A stretch of 64,000 bases of DNA from NCBI RefSeq assembly GCF_963921235.1, contig NC_086097.1:187986001-188050000 (forward strand). Direction: 5' to 3'. The translations under genes and the position numbers were made by a program. A model generated the notes under the pieces. The model saw nothing but the letters and a program-made list of their open reading frames with translations, had not been told where the DNA came from and did no database searches. Shown one piece after another: positions 61,561-64,000 of the stretch. The DNA is from Mobula hypostoma. Taxonomy: Eukaryota. Positions within the stretch are counted from its first letter, which is position 1. Every line of letters starts with the position of its first letter.

Positions 61561-62611
61561 TTTATTTGAATTTAACTAAAATGTTCTGTTTCACTGTGTG
61601 CACTATAAAACTTTGCTGTTGCATCTTAACAATCTATCATATTTAACTTTCTTGACCAGAAGAGGCAAGATGACCAGGCTCTGAAGAACTATATACCTGT
61701 AGTTGATACATTAGATACATCCAAAGCTGAGGTATTAATATGCGTAATTCCTACTAAATCCAGCCATTGTGCTAAATTAAAAATTGGAGGCTGATTTAAA
61801 CTATCAATAGAAAATCTAACAGTTGTTCAAGATGTCATGATTGATTCTTTAGACCATATTTTGGCCCAAGCATGGGAACTTACAATCATTCCTAAGCAAT
61901 GTAACATCATGGGATAAATTTACCAAGGCGTGACAACAAAAAAAAGTTACTGTTAAGGCATCAAGCTGATTGCTATAACAGGAAATCAGTTTGCTCACAA
62001 CCTTACAAGATTGTGACTACTTCAGAAGAAATCTAAAGAGAAAGAATTTCACTACAACAGATGCAAAATGTTGGAGGAATTCAGCAGGTCGAGCAGCATC
62101 TATGGAAAATAGTAAACAGTCAACATTTCAGGTCAAGACCTTTTTTCAGGACTTGCATTTTAATTACCATAACTTTTGTTTTCATTTCACTTAAGTTAAT
62201 TTGTATCCAGATTTTTTCTGGCATATCTTTTTACAATAGTAAAAAAAAATTGCTGTAGGAACTCAGTGAGTCAAGCAGCATCAATGGCAGGAAATGAGTA
62301 GTTGACGTTTCTGACTCGAAGCACAGTTTCAATTCAAAATGTCATCAATTGCTTTCCTCCTACAGACGTTGCCTGACCAACTGCGTTCACCCAGCAGATT
62401 GTTTGTTGCTCCAGAGTACAGTTTCTACAGTCTCTTCTGTCTTCCTGGGTTTGCATGCATTTGATTCCTGAATATTTGGAAATATACTAAGTGAAATAAT
62501 TACAGATCTTACAATGTATATCCATTACATAGAGTGAATAATAATAATAATAAAATGCACTCGAGTTTGTATAATCCGACTTAATAAATTACAATTTATC
62601 AAATGTTTTAC

Positions 62612-62721
62612 CGTTTTTCCAAGTGGAAGGTTCACCAGGCCTTCTATGTCTTTGAAAATGTTGCACTGGCCAGACTTTATGTATCCTACAAATGAACTGA
62701 TTTCACCTTCTTTTACTATAA
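62612..62721 (-). CDS. CNBD1: CNBD1-like exon (110 nt): IVKEGEISSFVGYIKSGQCNIFKDIEGLVNLPLGKT
   Basis: ccttttactttcag|TT ... ACG|gtaaaa; phase 1-0; N-terminal beta strands of a cNMP-binding domain (I..EG....YI.SG). Confidence 0.88.
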
Positions 62722-64000
62722 CTGAAAGTAAAAGGTAAAAGATAAAAGTATTAAGCAGTTCAGATACTTTATTTTCCAGCAGGTAAAATTATTACTAAAA
62801 GATATATGAAACAATAGTGCAGAATCTTCAAATCCGCAAGAAAAGTAAAAAGTGTTGGAGGTACTTTTTAAGATCAGGTGGCACTTGTAGGAGACAGAGT
62901 TAACAACCTTACAAGTCAATGACCTCTCATCATTACTCATTCAAAGTCAAACTTGAAATATTCACTGTTTCTTTCTCCACAACTGCAACTCCACCTGCTG
63001 ATAATGAAAAGTCTTTTCTGTTCTATTTTTAATTGCCTTTAGCTCTATGAACTATTTTCATGAAACTTCAGGTAACTGGGGAAAAATATACTGGTTCCAA
63101 TGTGTCCGAAATAACTGGAATCCACTGTTTTACATGCTGATAAAAAGATGAGTTTGTAAAATTAAATATTTAATCAATTGTTATAATTATCTGAAGAGAT
63201 TAATAATTTTAATATATTGTGAATAATTTCGCATGCTTCACCAGCAGTTTAATTTAATATTTGTTTTAATACTGAGAACTATCATTTAAAATAAGTGAGT
63301 TAACATTTCAGTCCTCCCCAGGATGTGAATTTCTAACTGTGGTACAGTCTGTACATACGAAACAAGTATTTGGAGACCAATGACATAGATTTGCCAGGTG
63401 CTGCAGGTCTGAAGGCATCTTCCTACCACTGGGATTTTGACTTGTGGACACATTTCCAATTTGCAAATTGTGTGGAGTTACAAACAGTTCACAGAAATGG
63501 AACTTTGCCCTAACCTGGGAGGACCTGTACATTGACAGATAAAATTATAAATCCATAGCCATGCATGAGTATAAATACTAAAATTTTATGGATGCACAGG
63601 TAATGTGGCACCAACAGGTTTAAAGGTTGCATGAAAGAACCTGAAGATAGAGACTTTTCACTCCAATGCAAAATCTTGGTGAGTAGAATGATAAGCACAA
63701 CTAAGTGGCCAACCAGAGCTTAGTGAAGTGTGGAGCAACCAGGTGTATTGCCATCCTCATTAATGCATTCCACAATTTTTAAAGGGGAGGTGACCACTGA
63801 ACCCAACCAAGGATTACTGGAATTACTGCGCAATGTGTAGAGTACAGGAAATGATGTTAGAATAGAAATGGGAAAATGCATTCTGCTTCATTCACTGTAG
63901 GTTTTCAACTGCAGTTTCACATTTGAGCAATATGTTCATGATGTGCTATTCTCAACCAAATGACAGTAATTTATAAAAGCAGTCACTTTACCAGTGGGTG

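Noticed and set aside
63308..63532. 74-aa Cys/His-containing minus ORF
   Set aside because: Ends in a stop inside a CNBD1 intron; no recognisable domain
63985..64000. Possible donor (CTG|gtaaag) of the next upstream CNBD1 exon
   Set aside because: Only 9 nt of putative exon are visible; cannot be evaluated
1..64000. CRISPR arrays, rRNA, bona fide tRNA genes, prokaryotic operons
   Set aside because: None seen; tRNA-like boxes belong to SINE heads and the DNA is eukaryotic

Overview
Repeat-dense vertebrate genomic DNA. The repeat complement (CR1 LINEs, V-domain SINEs, Penelope-like elements, Rex1/Babar, Gmr1-type LTR element) suggests a cartilaginous fish; this is an inference. The only host gene I can support is the 3' part of a CNBD1-like gene (cyclic nucleotide-binding domain) on the minus strand. 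It has five GT-AG exons (62612-62721, 58818-58968, 52941-53008, 47310-47369, 40839-40967) that splice in phase to a TGA; the ORF track misses all of them. Positions 1-6208 are a decayed Gmr1-clade Gypsy element (gag-PR-IN-RT-RH, PPT, 3' LTR) inserted in a CR1. The most striking non-coding signal is a Penelope-like element (PLE) family carrying minimal type I hammerhead ribozymes (AGUC-CUGANGA-stem II-GAAAC-GUC-GACU). It inserts repeatedly as inverted or palindromic units with 13-14 bp target-site duplications (TSDs) and one long and one short end, down to ~160-230 bp pure hairpins. Other notable items: a CNBD1 exon that starts with a perfect donor sequence (AG|GTAAGT, recursive-splice-like), a 95-bp ribozyme-core insertion in the Gmr1 integrase, and a CR1 nested inside a PLE whose TSD is now 4.5 kb apart. 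Repeat boundaries without a TSD or TIR are approximate. All family assignments come from motif recognition, not database searches.
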